A stretch of DNA of 63,932 nucleotides, filler included, from Chiloscyllium plagiosum (lineage: Eukaryota), in NCBI RefSeq assembly GCF_004010195.1. It is 5 parts of one record of this genome, joined end to end, with 100 filler letters (N's around TTAATTAATTAA, not from the genome) between each part and the next. Parts side by side here need not be neighbours in the genome. Positions count along the whole stretch, not along the records: positions 1 to 8,484 come from NC_057711.1; positions 8,585 to 14,469 come from NC_057711.1; 3 more parts are not named here. The stretch is one strand, 5' to 3'. The translations under genes were made by a program, and so were the position numbers. The notes beneath the pieces were generated by a model that was not told the DNA's origin, ran no database searches, and saw only the letters and a program-made list of their open reading frames with translations. Shown piece by piece: positions 1-11,856 of this stretch. Within the stretch, counting starts at the first letter, position 1. Each line of letters begins with the position of its first letter.

Positions 1-14
1 GGGGGGGGGGGGGG

Positions 15-132
15 TGTTAAAGGAATAAGGTAGGGGGCTGGGATGGATCTTGGTTGGCCTGCCCTTCCGATGAATGGTACAGAATCAATGGGCTGAATGG
101 CCTGCCTCCATACTGTGTGGATTCTATGATTC
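15..132 (+). mobile_element. 3' end of a CR1-tailed SINE or LINE
   Basis: ATGGGCTGAATGGCCT...CTGT...ATTCTATGATTC tail, of the same type as the CR1/HE1 3' ends elsewhere in the window. Confidence 0.6.
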
Positions 133-599
133 AATAAGCATTTGGTTTGCTTTCTGAATATAAAGTGAGGCAGGTAAATTTGTCAAACAGGTAAACTTTT
201 AGCACTCAAAAAATTAGAGACTTCAGTGAGGAGCTGATCAGAAAGATGTAAAACGTACCTTTTGCCTGCTTTTACCAAGTGAGTAATTATTCACCTCATG
301 ATTCACACAATCGATAAATGCTTGCCACAATGTCACCCTTTGTCAGCGTGTCTGCTGCTAGAATCCTTTATTTTCTTTTCAACACATTTCATGTTTTCAT
401 TACTGGGGCAAAATGAACCCAATTTTCCAATTCCGATATCACACAGATTGCCATTCAACCCCTTCTGTTTTGTTTGTGTTTAAGGAAGGAGCTGCACATT
501 TCAAGGAGGAAATACTAATTACAGCTCCTTCAGAAATAGGAAAATCCAGACAAATTATTGCATTGCTCTCCTGGCTAATACACCCAATTGAACTCTACA

Positions 600-1390
600 A
601 GTTTGACATCCTCTGTTACCTGCACTTTAGCTTGCGGCAAGCACCATTTCCCTAACATCCCTGTGTTTACTGATTTACATGGGCTTTCAATCCACCAAAA
701 TATTGCTGTCAAAATTCCCATTTTTGTTTTCAAATCCCTCAATGTCCTCACCCAACACAAGTTCTGTAATGTCCAGAACCAATAACTCTCTATAAGAGTG
801 CTCTTGTAATTCTGCTCTCGTGTACATCTCACTTTTAATCATTCCACGTTTGGTAAGTGTGCCTTCAGTTGCCTCAGCTCGAAGCTCTGGAAAACCCTCA
901 GGAACATGCATAAAGCAAAATACTGCAGATACTGGGAAATATGAATCAAGCACATAAAATGCTGGAGAAACTCAGCTGGTCCAGTCACATCTGTAGAGAA
1001 GGAAACAAAGTTAATATTTTGAGACCAGTATGATTTTTCTTCAGATTTAATTGTGAATAAACATAAATATAACTTGTAATTAGATGGGGAAAAAAATAAC
1101 CTTGGTGGTCGAAAATGCATTACCGAGAAGTTCTGAAGAAGCTTTCAAATCACTGACTATTTTTCTCTCTGCCAGATCTGTTGAGTTTCCCAAGCATTTT
1201 CTGTGCTTGTTTCTGGACCTCATGTTTGTTCTGGAAGACAGTGCATATAATCCAGCTCTTTGGTCTCTGACTAACTCTAATCTTGTAGCTCCACGTCATA
1301 CTTTGTTGTCTAATGTTTGATAATGCTCCTGTGAGGCTCTTTGGGATGCTTTATTTTGTGAAAAGCGCTGTGCAAATATATCTTGCTACT
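600..1390 (+). mobile_element. Degraded L2 LINE 3' end, interrupted by a PLE-derived insertion at about 910-1215
   Basis: NIPVFTDLHGLSIHQNIAVKIPIFVFKSLN resembles the L2 RT C-terminus (ITPVLxxLHWLPVxQRIxFKILxLVFKSL); L2-type tail CCTGTGAGGCTCTTTGGGATG...AAAAGCGCTGTGCAAAT at about 1330-1380. Confidence 0.7.
910..1215. mobile_element. Degenerate fold-back PLE-terminus element (family B)
   Basis: Left arm ACTGCAGATACTGG...ATGCTGGAGAAACTCAGC; right arm TTCTGAAGAAG...CTGTTGAGTTTCCCAAGCATTTT in inverted orientation; related copies near 19960, 20197, 41590, 47110, 51615 and 53360. Confidence 0.55.
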
Positions 1391-2852
1391 AAATGGATAC
1401 AAAATAATTTTGTAAAAATAAATCTCAGACCCCAAAGGAATATGTAACACAATGAAAGATTTGGGATAGTATAGTTGCTATCAGATTGTCTGCCTATTAT
1501 GCATTTCATGCATTGACATTCTTGCTTCTTCAGATGTCCAAAAGGAGGCAGAAATTGTTTTTGTGGCTATTTTCAGAGTGGCCTCTAGCGGTCCCTTTTA
1601 GGAGCCAGTGGTTATTCCATTTAAGCCTTATCGCTAATTCTCTTGGAACTGCAAGTTCAATTGGGGTTTGACAATGCGAGAGCTTGATTTGAATTTTCAA
1701 ATAGGATTCTGCTTTTCCTGGAGTGGCCTTCACTGTTCAGGTTCCTCTGCAATACCAAGCAGATAAGATCCAGGCAATCAATGGGTAGGAAACTTTTATG
1801 TACGTTTTCAACTATAGGACCCTATGTGGTTAAACGGTAGATGAAAATTGCCTATTTATTCTAAGATACCAGACACATAAAAGGTGCAAAAAAAAGAGTA
1901 AAGGTCTTTAAAAAAAAAAATCTTTGCTTTTGATCATCTATTCCGTCTGCGTTACATCCAAGAAGCTAATAAGAGAAGCAAAATCTAGCTTCATTACGTT
2001 TGCCTGAATTTAATTTGAAATATTATCCCAATCAACTTCTTTTGTGTCTTGCTTCAACTTGTAATAAACATGTTCTTAACAGTTTTGCATATTTATTTGT
2101 TTGTGTAGTCATTAATTCACAAAGAACATTTTATTTTGCCATCCACTGTAAGTCAGCCAGCTGTGAATTAATTTCCCCGATCCAAGAACAGTAAGGATGA
2201 TGCGTGCATTGTGGTGACAAAAGAAACGAAAGTTGAATGGGTGAAAAGTGGCATTTAATTAAAGAATAATAGATAATTTTAATCATCTCTTAGTCATCCA
2301 TCATCCTAATAGGGTTCTCTGGTCGAGATGCTCTAATGATACTTTTATATCATGACATAATTAAATCTCTCTAAGCTCATTTTATCTGTTACATGTCATT
2401 GTCAAAAATCTTAAGATCCACTATTTTTTTGTCAGTGACTTATCAGCATGAAATAGTTTTAAAACACAATGACAAATGATTGTGTTGGCTCCATGATTCA
2501 TGATTTTGTTATCTGAACTCAAAACATGGAGGAAAGATAAGTTGTAAAGGATTTGAAGAACAAAAGAATATTTTCAAAGAAGCTTCACGTTTGAGTTATA
2601 GTTTAGCTGTCGAACTTATAAAATCCTTTATTGACCTTAAACACTTCTTTTAAATCACAGCTTAATCTTCTGGATATTTTAATTGATATTTTGATTCTTT
2701 AATCTTGTGTACTCCTGGACATATAAACCTTATTTATGCAACCTGTACTTGAAATTAAACTGTTTGAGTCTTAATGCCATGCTGGTTAGTCTTTGCTACT
2801 CCCACCTCGAAGTGCAATAGGTCCATCCTCAGGCGTGGCACTCGGAGTGGAA

Positions 2853-3243
2853 TCAGATTTAATTTGATTTGATTTGTTATGATTTATTGCCATGTTTACC
2901 TAAGTACAGTGAAAAGGTTTGTTTTTGAGCAGTACAGGCAAATCGTAGTATGCAAGGACATACAGATGATAGGGTGCTTGGACAGAATAAGGCATATAGG
3001 TTACGCTGCACGGGAGGTGCACGAAGCAAGGTCTACATTATTTGATGTTAGAGAGTCCATTCATTAGTCTAATAAAGGTAGGGAAGAAGCTGTTCTTGAA
3101 CCTGTTGGTCTTCAAGCTTCTGTATCTTCTGCCCGATGGAAGAGATTGGACAGGAGCATTAGTGGGTGGGAGGGGACTTTGATGATATCAGCAGCCTTTC
3201 TGCAGCAACGGGAAGGGTAAATAAAGTCCATGGATGGAAGGTC
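2853..3243 (-). mobile_element. Rex1/Babar-type LINE 3' fragment
   Basis: Minus strand encodes LPSGRRYRSL...RFKNSFFP-like sequence; 3' UTR shared with the 32618-33205 copy; GATTT-repeat tail on the + strand. Confidence 0.7.
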
Positions 3244-3401
3244 TCAGCTGAATCTCATACAATTGCAACACCACATTGATCACTTCATTTCAATCCCCTT
3301 GACATAATGTTTTGTTTTCCATTAGCCTTTTTCACTTTTATTAACCTGTCCATTCATTTTTAGAGATTACTGTGTATGGATACAAAATCCCTCTGTAATT
3401 C

Positions 3402-4452
3402 AAGATTCGGAGATGCCGGTGTTGAACTGGGGTGTACAAAGTTAAAAATCACAGAACACCAGGTTGTACCAACAGGTTTATTTAGAAGCACTAGCTTTCA
3501 GAATGCTGCCCCTTCATCAGGTGGTTGTGGAGTATAAGATCATTGGACACAGAATTTATAGCAAAGGTTTACAGTGTGATATAACTGAAATTATATATTG
3601 AAAAAGACCTAGATTGCTTGTTAAGTCTCTTATCTTTTAGAATGAACATGTTGGTTTTAGTTCTTTCATATGTAAATCTCAAAACATTTAAGAGTTATAT
3701 TTTCAAATAAACTTTAACAATTGGTGTCATGTCGGCCCAGATAAAGCATTTATGGTGTGAGCTACCCTGTGTGATGTAATTCTGCAAGTACAAATTCACC
3801 CCACAAACTTACATATGTATATGTGCATGTGCATGTATGTTGGGAGGGGGTGGTTGTGAGTGTCTGTGAAAGAGTGTGTGTATGTGTGTGAATGTGAGTG
3901 CAAAGGGGTAAACATCTGTGAGAGGGTGCATGTGTGAGTATGGGAGTGTATGTGTGAGCATATGAGAAAGGGTCTGCGTGAATGTATGGGTCTGTAGGTG
4001 TGTGTGTGAATGTATGGGTCTATAAGTGTGTGTGTGTATAGGTAGGAGTGTCTGTGTGTCTGTCTGTCTGTGTGTGTGTATATCGTGCAATGGGTTCACT
4101 TGTAGTGTGACACGAACTCAAAGTCCCAGTTGAGGCCATCTCCACGGGTACCAAACTTGGCTATCAGCCTCTGCTCGGCCACTTTTGCCTGTTGCCTGTC
4201 CCGAAGTCCACTTGGAGGTCAGTCACCCAAAGGTCCAAGGTCTTTCATATGTAAATCACCTATGTAAACAAACAATCTAGGTCTTTTTCAATATATAATT
4301 TCAATTAGATCCCACTGTAAACTTTCACTGTAAATTCTGTGCCTTACGATCTTACACTCCACAACCACCTGATGAAGGAGCAGCGCTCCGAAAGCTAGTG
4401 CTTCCAAATTAACCTGTTGGAATATAACCTGGTGTTGTGTGATTTTTAACTC
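3402..4452 (-). mobile_element. Neptune-like Penelope element: GIY-YIG C-terminal coding fragment, 3' pLTR and an inverted pLTR copy
   Basis: Minus strand 4240-4095 reads RDRQQAKVAEQRLIAKFGTRGDGLNWDFEFVSHYK-stop; 3439-3625 is the reverse complement of 4265-4452; internal degenerate (TG)n at 3820-4080. Confidence 0.8.
4363..4400 (+). ncRNA. Minimal type I hammerhead ribozyme motif in a Neptune-like pLTR
   Basis: CAC CTGATGA A GGAGC AGC GCTCC GAAA GC TA GTG: complete core, perfect 5-bp stem II, CAC/GTG stem I, palindromic AGCT at stem III. Confidence 0.75.
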
Positions 4453-4741
4453 TATAATTCAACTACTAATTAGAGAATGCCCCATCTTACTTTCTTAAAT
4501 CTAAAGTAGAGAGGCTTGCCTGTTTCAAGTTCTCTCATTGCAAGCTGATCACTTATTTGCTGTCTCAGAACAATAAACTTATGAAGGTAACAATTAGATG
4601 AAAGTGCTTCAGTATGGGTTACAGTTATCTTCTGTCCCATTTTCTAATGTATTTCATTTTCTCATCTGATTATTAATGCATTTGCATTCATCTTCAAGCA
4701 GAAGTGCCAAGTAGATGATCAAATCAGCTTTCTAATAAAGT

Positions 4742-4963
4742 GGGAGAAAGTGAGGACTGCAGATGCTGGAGATCAGAGTCAAAAAGAGTGCTGGAAAAGT
4801 ACAGCTGGTCAGGCAGCATCCGAGGAGCAGGTGAGTCGATGTTTTGGGCATGAGCTGTCATCAGCAATGTCCTGATGAAGAGCTCATACTTGAAACGTCG
4901 ACTTTCCTGCTCCTCAGATGCTGCCTGACTGGCTGTGCTTTTCCAGTGCTACACTTTTTGAGT
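4742..4963. mobile_element. Fold-back PLE-terminus element (family A) with two opposed hammerhead remnants
   Basis: Arms at about 4778-4864 and 4872-4961 are reverse complements around a 7-nt spacer; CTGATGA...GAAACGTC on + at 4872-4899, mirror image on -. Confidence 0.8.
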
Positions 4964-5009
4964 CCGACGTCCTACTGAAATTCCCAACATCACAGATGCC
5001 AGTTTTCAA

Positions 5010-6600
5010 CCAATTTGATTCACTCGACATGGTATCAAAAAGCAACTGCAAAGACCGTGGACCCTCACAATCTTCTTACAATGGTACTGAAGGCATGCTC
5101 CAGAACCAGCATGTCTCTAACTGAACTGTTTCAGTAACACTACAACATTGGCATCTGAACCAACAATGTAGAAAAATTACCAAGGTATGTCCTGAGTGCT
5201 CAAAGCAAGAATAGTGCAATCCAGCTATCCCGTCAGTCTATTCTTGAGCAACAACAAAATGATCAAAGTTGCCATAGACAGTGACAACAAGCAGCACTTG
5301 CTCAGTGATAACCTGCTTGCTGATGCTTATTTTGGTTTCCATCAAGGTTCCTCAGCTCTGGACCTCATTAAAGCCTTGGTCCAAGCATAGACAAATGAGC
5401 TAAAGTCCAGAGGTGAGGTGACAGTGACTTGATGTCGAGATAAAGCAGTATTTGACAGGAGCTTCAAGGAGACCTAAAATACTGGAGTCAATGGGAGTTG
5501 GCAAATAACTCTTCACTGGTTGGAGTCCTACCTAGCACAATGGAAGCTAGCGGTGCTTGGTTAAGGTCAATCATCTCAGTCCAAGGTCACCATTTCACCT
5601 TCAGTTGCTTTGTCAGTAACCTTGCACCCATCATTAGATTCGAATTAGGAATGTTTGCTCATGATTGCACCATTTCAGACTCCTCAGATACTCCTGTTCA
5701 TATACAGTCATGATGTGGAGGTGTCGGTACTGGACTGGGATGGACACAGTTTTAAAAAAAATCACACAATACCAGGTTATAGTCCAACAGGTTTATTTGG
5801 AAGTACAAGCTTTCAGAGCGCAGTTCCTTCATCAGTAAGCTAGTCAGGATTTTTAACCATATGCAGTAAGACCTGGAAAACACCTATACTTTGATAATAA
5901 CAGTCAAGTAACATTCACACCCTACAAGTGCCATCATCCCTGACAAGGCAGACTCTTATCATCACACCTTGACATTCAATGGCATTATCATTGTTGTATC
6001 TCCCACCATGTACATCATGGGGATTGCCATAAACTGAAGTAGATTGGCCATATGACTACAGGGGCTACAAAAGTACTTCAGAGTCTGGGAATTCTGCGAG
6101 GGAGTAACTCATCTCCTGGCCACTATATACAAAGCATGAGTGAGAGGTTTGATGGAATACTCTCCCGTTTGTCCAGCTCCAACAGCACTCAAGAAGATTG
6201 ACAGAATCCCTTTTCAATTCCTTCTCCACCAATACGCGGTGGCAGCAGAACATGTTAAATCCAAGTTGCACTATATGAACTATGTAAATATTCTCCAACA
6301 GCACCTTCCAAAGCACTAACTCAACCAACAAGTAATACAACAACAGCAGATGCATAGGAATACACTCCAAGAAAGTTCCCCTCCATGCCACACATGTGTC
6401 TGATTTGGAACTGTATCATTGTTCCCATGCTGAGGCTGTGTCAAAATCCTGCCACTTCACCTACCTCCCAGCCATCCCATCCCCCGGCACTCTGAGTGCA
6501 CCCGCAAGAGCTGCAGCGGTTCCAGAACTCAGCTCCCAATTTCCTTCTCATTTGGTGTTAGAGGTGGTCAATAAATGATGAATGAGCCAACAATGTCCAC
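5010..6600 (+). mobile_element. Degraded CR1/L2-group LINE (RT region and 3' UTR)
   Basis: KQHLLSDNLLADAYFGFHQGSSALDLIKALVQA followed by ELKSRGEVTVT (RT subdomain-like); same family as 16790-17580 and 33545-34360. Confidence 0.7.
5710..5836 (-). mobile_element. Solo Neptune-like pLTR with degraded hammerhead, nested in the LINE
   Basis: Matches 3410-3520 (AAAATCACACAATACCAGGTTATAGTCCAACAGGTTTATTTGGAAG...CCTTCATCAG). Confidence 0.75.
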
Positions 6601-7129
6601 ACATACAAATTTTCAGACTATAAAGCTCATCACCACAGGGAAATAACCTTAATTTCCACAAATCATCACTATTATCAGCAACGTAGATACATCAAAGTTG
6701 ATCCTGTAGTCAATGGAAGATGATACGTTTAAACACAGAAGAGACCATTCGGTCAGCAGCATTGGTGTTCACTCATTATTCCAAAAATCCAAAACTAATT
6801 CTGTTCCAATTTTTCTTACTCAATGTATTACATCTTTATCTCTCACAAATACAATGTTAGCTTTCTCATAAAAGATGCAATGGGTGCTGCTATAGCCACT
6901 CACTGTGGCAAAGCATTCAACATTCTAAAAATACTTTGGCAGAACAACATTTCTTCTAATCTCTATTGGCTGTGTACAGGCAGTTATAAAGAGGTGACAA
7001 TTGTCACTGACTCATTAATCAGAGGAAATCATTGTTCAATATTACTTCTATGAAAACCCAACATAACTTTAAGAAACCACATCACTTCCCAACCTTTTCT
7101 GCTAAATAATTTCAACATATCAAGACTTT

Positions 7130-8211
7130 CATTGTCAAAGTTACAAGGAGATGAACTGAAGAAGTTAAGGAGAGCATCAAACTTAAAGAAAATCCATATA
7201 CTTGTCCAAAGGTAAATGAGAGATCAGGAAATTGGTCAGAAAAGAAACAACTGCAGAGAATAATGAAAAAATAATTAGGACAAATAAATTGGAGCATGAG
7301 AAGAAGCTTGTTAGAAATGTGAAAAACAAAAAGCAAGAGATTTGTCGTGTCTAAAAGGGAAAACGGAAGTAAAATATGTGATATAGAAGGAAGAAAAGAA
7401 CTTGACAAAATTATAATCATTTTATATGAGCTACTGAATGAAATGATGAAGCAACCGGCTGAAAAATCTTTGGGTCATGGAAATTAGGAGCAGGAATAGC
7501 TTTTTCAGCCCTTTGTGCCTGCTGTGCTGTTCAACATAATCACACTGATCCTTTACCCAAATGCCATATACTTGACTCCATCCTAGAATCTGAAACATGT
7601 AGCTAATGATTTAGTAAATGTGCTAGTGTTAATTTTCCTAAATTTGTCAGATCCTGCACATTAAACTGGGCTAGAGCAAATTTGACCCTTCAAGCTGAGA
7701 AAGACACAAGGAATGACACAGAATACAGGAGCTCCTGGTATAGCAGGTTGTATATTACTGCAGAGAGAAGGTTGACTGGGTGGCAGAAAACAGAGAGTAT
7801 GCATAAATGTGTCTTATTCATTTTGGCAGGATGGAATGAGTCAGCTCTCATGGCTATCTGTGCTGGGTTCTCAATTTTTTATAATTCATATTAATGACTT
7901 AGGTAAGGAGATCAAAAGTACAAATTTGACAAAGTATGCCATGACGATAACAAGACAAGGATGCAGACCTTGATAGATTGGTCAAGTGAGAGGGCAGAAA
8001 TCTGGATAATGTGGTCATACGCAGGATGTTTCCTCTTGTGGTTGAGTCCCAAACTACGGAACACTATTTTCAAATTAAACATTACCCATTGAGGACAGAG
8101 ATTTCTTTTGTTCTCTTAGAACATTGTGTAACTTTGGAACTCTCTGCCTCAGAAGACAGCAGAGCTGTGCTCATTAAATATATTAAGACAGAGGTACATA
8201 GATTCTTGATC
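7130..8211 (+). mobile_element. Old, highly fragmented CR1 LINE remnants
   Basis: Patches resembling CR1 ORF2 and 3' end (ATTAATGACTTAG..., GGATGTTTCCTCTTGTGG..., AGATTCTTGATCAG). Confidence 0.5.
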
Positions 8212-8261
8212 AGTGGTGCTGGAAGAGCACAGCAGTTCAGGCAGCATCCAAGGAGCTTCGA

Positions 8262-8297
8262 AATCGACGTTTCGGGCAAAAGCCCTTCATCAGGACT
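8262..8297 (-). ncRNA. Intact minimal hammerhead ribozyme motif in a PLE 3' terminus
   Basis: Minus strand AGTC CTGATGA A GGGC TTTT GCCC GAAA CG TC GATT: full core, perfect stem II, 4-bp stem I (one G-U), ACGT palindrome at stem III. Confidence 0.8.
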
Positions 8298-8484
8298 AAA
8301 GGCAGAGAACCTGAAGCGTGGAGAGATAAGTTGGAGGAGGGTGGGGGTGGGGAAAAAGTAGCATAAAGTACAATAGGTGAGTGGGGGAGGGGATGAAGGT
8401 GATAGGTCAGGGAGGAGAGGGTGGAGTGGATAAGTGGAAAAGGAGATAGGCAGGTAGGACAAGTTTGGACAAGTCATGGGAACA

Positions 8485-8584
8485 NNNNNNNNNNNNNNNN
8501 NNNNNNNNNNNNNNNNNNNNNNNNNNNNTTAATTAATTAANNNNNNNNNNNNNNNNNNNNNNNNNNNNNNNNNNNNNNNNNNNN
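8485..8584. other. Assembly gap spacer
   Basis: 100 nt: N-run, TTAATTAATTAA, N-run. Confidence 0.97.
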
Positions 8585-9729
8585 TGCTGTGAGGGCGAGA
8601 TGTTGGATTGGGGGAGGGGGTAGAGAGGTTGAGGCGTTTCATGACCAGGAGGCAGTTGGAAATGAAGAGGTCGAGTGTGGGTAATAGGGTGCACGGGGTG
8701 TCCAGGTGGATGGAGTGTGTTGGAGGTAGGCGAAATGATTCTCGGAAGGTGGGCGTGAGTCCTGATTGTGAAAGTAAGTTCGGAGGCGGAGATGAAGGAA
8801 GAAGTGTTCGACGTCACAGAGTGTATTGAATTAATTGATGCGTGGGCAGAGGAGGATGAAGATGAGTCCTTAGCTGAGGACTTATCTTACGTCCTCAGTG
8901 AGGGGAGGTCAGGGGGTATGGTGAAAACTCGGCAGTGTTAGGAGCTGCCATATGGTGTGGGTGTTGTGTTGGGAGTGGGTGTGGTGGTGGCGTAATGGGG
9001 TGGAATCATGAGCAGGAGTGGTGTTCCCCTCAGGGTTCTGGGGGGGGCGGCGGTGATGGTGACAGTCATATCTGTGGGGGCTTGTCAGCAGAATGCAGGT
9101 GAGTGACGCTGGTGGGGGCGGAAGTGGTGGCAGACACGGCAGTAGGGGTGGTGGAAGTCACTGAGCGTGTGGCATCGGCAATGATGTGAGAGCTGGGAGT
9201 GGCCATGATGGGGGCAGAAGTGACATCATCAATCAGCACTGTATTTGCCTGGCATGAAGCTTAGCTCTGACATAAAGCAAATAATTGATTCATCTGTGCT
9301 AATCGTGCCCATGCCGAGAGTTCATTTTTGATTACTTTCAATACAATACTTGCCAAATGCTTATCCTCTGAAGCTAACATTATTTCCTCAGAACTAAAAT
9401 ATATGTGGGGTTTGTAAAGTTAAAAAACGCCACTATTTCCAGAGAATTCCTCTCCAACGCAGCTATGACAGAGACAGGTGACCTGCTGTTGGCTCTCCCC
9501 TCTGCCAGACCGAATCTGGGGTAAACACTGAGATTGGTACTGTACAAGCTGTTCCTTCAGTCTATGGTATGGAACATAATTCAGTGTCTCCAGAGCAGAA
9601 AGTCCAGGACCTGTTAGTTGAAAGCCTGAGAAGTAATGTAAAAATTCATTTATAATTCATCTATAGTTAATAAACAGGAAATCTTCAGTACATTTATCAG
9701 CACATTAGAAACATCAGTATGCCTTTTAA

Positions 9730-10350
9730 CGCAGCAACAACTTACGTTTGTATGGCATCTCAAAGGTAGTGTAAAGTCCCAGGGCATTTCAGGGGAGCAT
9801 AGAAAGCACTGAATCAATTAAAGAGATATTGGGATAGATGATGAAAATCTTTGTCAACAAGATACACATAAGAAGTGGGTTTTAAGATGAAAGCAAGGTC
9901 GAGACACAGCAAGGCACAGGGAGGGAATTCCCAGTCTTCCCCAACTACCACTGAGGAGCAAATAAAATCAGTAGTTCAGAGTCTGAAAATAGAGGGCAAA
10001 CGTTTGAGATGTTTGGAGACGGCGAAGATTACAAAGATGGGGAGAGGTGGCACCTCGGAGAGATTTGAAAATGAAGAACACAATTTTAAAATCGAGGTGT
10101 TGCTTTATTAGGAGCCATGTAGATCAGTGAGTATAGGGTGATAGGCAAATGGGACGCGCTGCAAGTGAAGACATCAGCAGCAGAATTTTAGATGGCCGAA
10201 ATGTTACCAAATGTAGGAACTGGGAAACCAGTCAGGAGTGCATTGCAATTGTTGAGTGTAGAAATAACAAAGGCATGAATGTGGATTACAACAGCGTATG
10301 AATTGACACAAGGGCAACCTCAGTCTGCTGTCACAGACTAGGAAATAGCA
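9730..10350 (-). mobile_element. L2-type LINE 3' fragment
   Basis: L2-like terminus (CAACAACTTACGTTTGTATGGC...GTCCCAGGGCATTTCA) and ATTTTAAAATCGAGG...GGAGCCATGTAG, the antisense of the L2 LHWL...FKIL region. Confidence 0.6.
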
Positions 10351-11856
10351 GTCTTTTTGAATTTGGGATTGATGCTAATTTCAAACGATTTTGAGGACTT
10401 GTGGTAAAATATAAAACTGGATTTTATAGTTTGAAAGTTGGTAAGGTGCATGTAGCAAATGTTGAAAGCGAATTTGGGAAAAGTTAGTAGGTACAAATTT
10501 GGGGACATTTTAACTTCTGTCCCCAAAATTGGTAATGGCAAGTTTGTCCCTTAATTGACATTTTGTTTTATTGTTTTACAGTTGATTCTCTATCTTTTGG
10601 CCCCATTATTAAGTTCAAATGATCCACAAAGGAACAAACAACTGAAAATAAGTGACAAGTATTAAGTGGCAATGACTGAATATAATACACTTCCAAAATT
10701 AATGCCGAATAAGGTTTGGGTCTGAGCCCAGACATGCATTAGTCTGTAGAATTAGTGTGCCTCCAAGGGAATATGTTGCTGGATTCACACCATTTGCTCT
10801 GATATTTATGCTGTCAATTGCACAATGTTTATTTTGAAAAGATCAAGAGTGTCAAGAACTTGCCATTTCTGAAATTAATTTTTCAAGGATGCGATGATTG
10901 AAACTTTTATAGGGCAGTAATAAAAGCTAGTTGGCTTTTACAAGAGTGGAAAGCTGTGAATGAATTTCGTCTTTTGAAGCTTTTTCATCCATTCTACTGT
11001 TGCTATAGGGTTCTTTGGTTCTCTGAAGAGATATAGTTGGTAAATGGGCATGGACGTGCCATACCTTGGCATGGAAGGTATAGGGGTCAGAAGGACAGGT
11101 GGAGCAGCATAGCTTGGAATAGGAAAACTGGATACAGTCTTTGGAATGTACTTTTCAGAAGGTTCCCTTATTGAATGTATGGTTCAAGACAGCTCTAATG
11201 TGACATGAACAACATGTATTTTAATGGTGTTCCAACTCCTTGAAAATTACAGAAGAGGAAATTTCAATCCTTTCAATAGAGCCAGCCAGGTCAGGAGTGC
11301 AAGGGTGTGAGCTCACAATCTACACCAGCCTGCACACGAAAGCTCCTGAAAATTGGTGGTGCCAGGAATGGGGTCAGGAATTCTGGAAGTAGATCCCAGC
11401 CACCATTTGTAAATCTTCACAGAGTCCAGCCTACTGTTTTCAAGCAGAGATTGATTCTGTTTCTCTGTTACAAAAATGTGTCTTGCCCTAGTAGTCATAA
11501 ATTCATGTGAAATATAAGACCGTTGGAAAGGAAGGAATGACAGAAAAGACAAACATGGAGAGAGAAGGAGTAGCTTCAGGAGTTAAGGAGACTTGGAAGT
11601 AAAGTAAGGTGAAGTGATATCAACAAAAAGAGTCTGAATTGAGATAACAAGACAACAAAGGAGAGGATTAGCAATGTGTGTAGTCGAATGAGTATCCAAG
11701 TCGGATCAGGTTGCTGCTGTACAATATATGTTGATATAAGCAGGACATGGAAAGACATTACTGAAAGCTTCAAAAAAACCAAGCATTAGTAGAGAATTCC
11801 TTAGTAGAGATGGACCACCACAGTGGAGTTATTGTAAGTGGTACAAACTGCTGACC

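Larger units (their letters stand above)
8212..9240 (-). mobile_element. Penelope-like element: N-terminal ORF region and 3' pLTR, with the middle lost in an assembly gap
   Basis: Minus strand about 8935-8600 reads RVFTIPPDLPLTED..VLS.GL.F...DVEHFF..LRLR.YF (PLE pre-RT region); 8212-8484 is the family A 3' end with a hammerhead. Confidence 0.75.

Noticed and set aside
1..14. Poly-G run
   Set aside because: Truncated at the window edge next to a SINE/LINE tail; low complexity or sequencing artefact.
1578..1595. CTCF-like motif (minus strand CCGCTAGAGGCC)
   Set aside because: Mismatch in the core and a single short motif; not supportable without ChIP or conservation data.
3809..4099. His/Thr-rich 96-aa ORF
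   Set aside because: Translation of a degenerate (CA)n microsatellite inside the PLE.
8529..8540. TTAATTAATTAA palindrome occurring four times in the window
   Set aside because: Always centred in a 100-nt N block and gives stops in all six frames; an artificial spacer, not biology.
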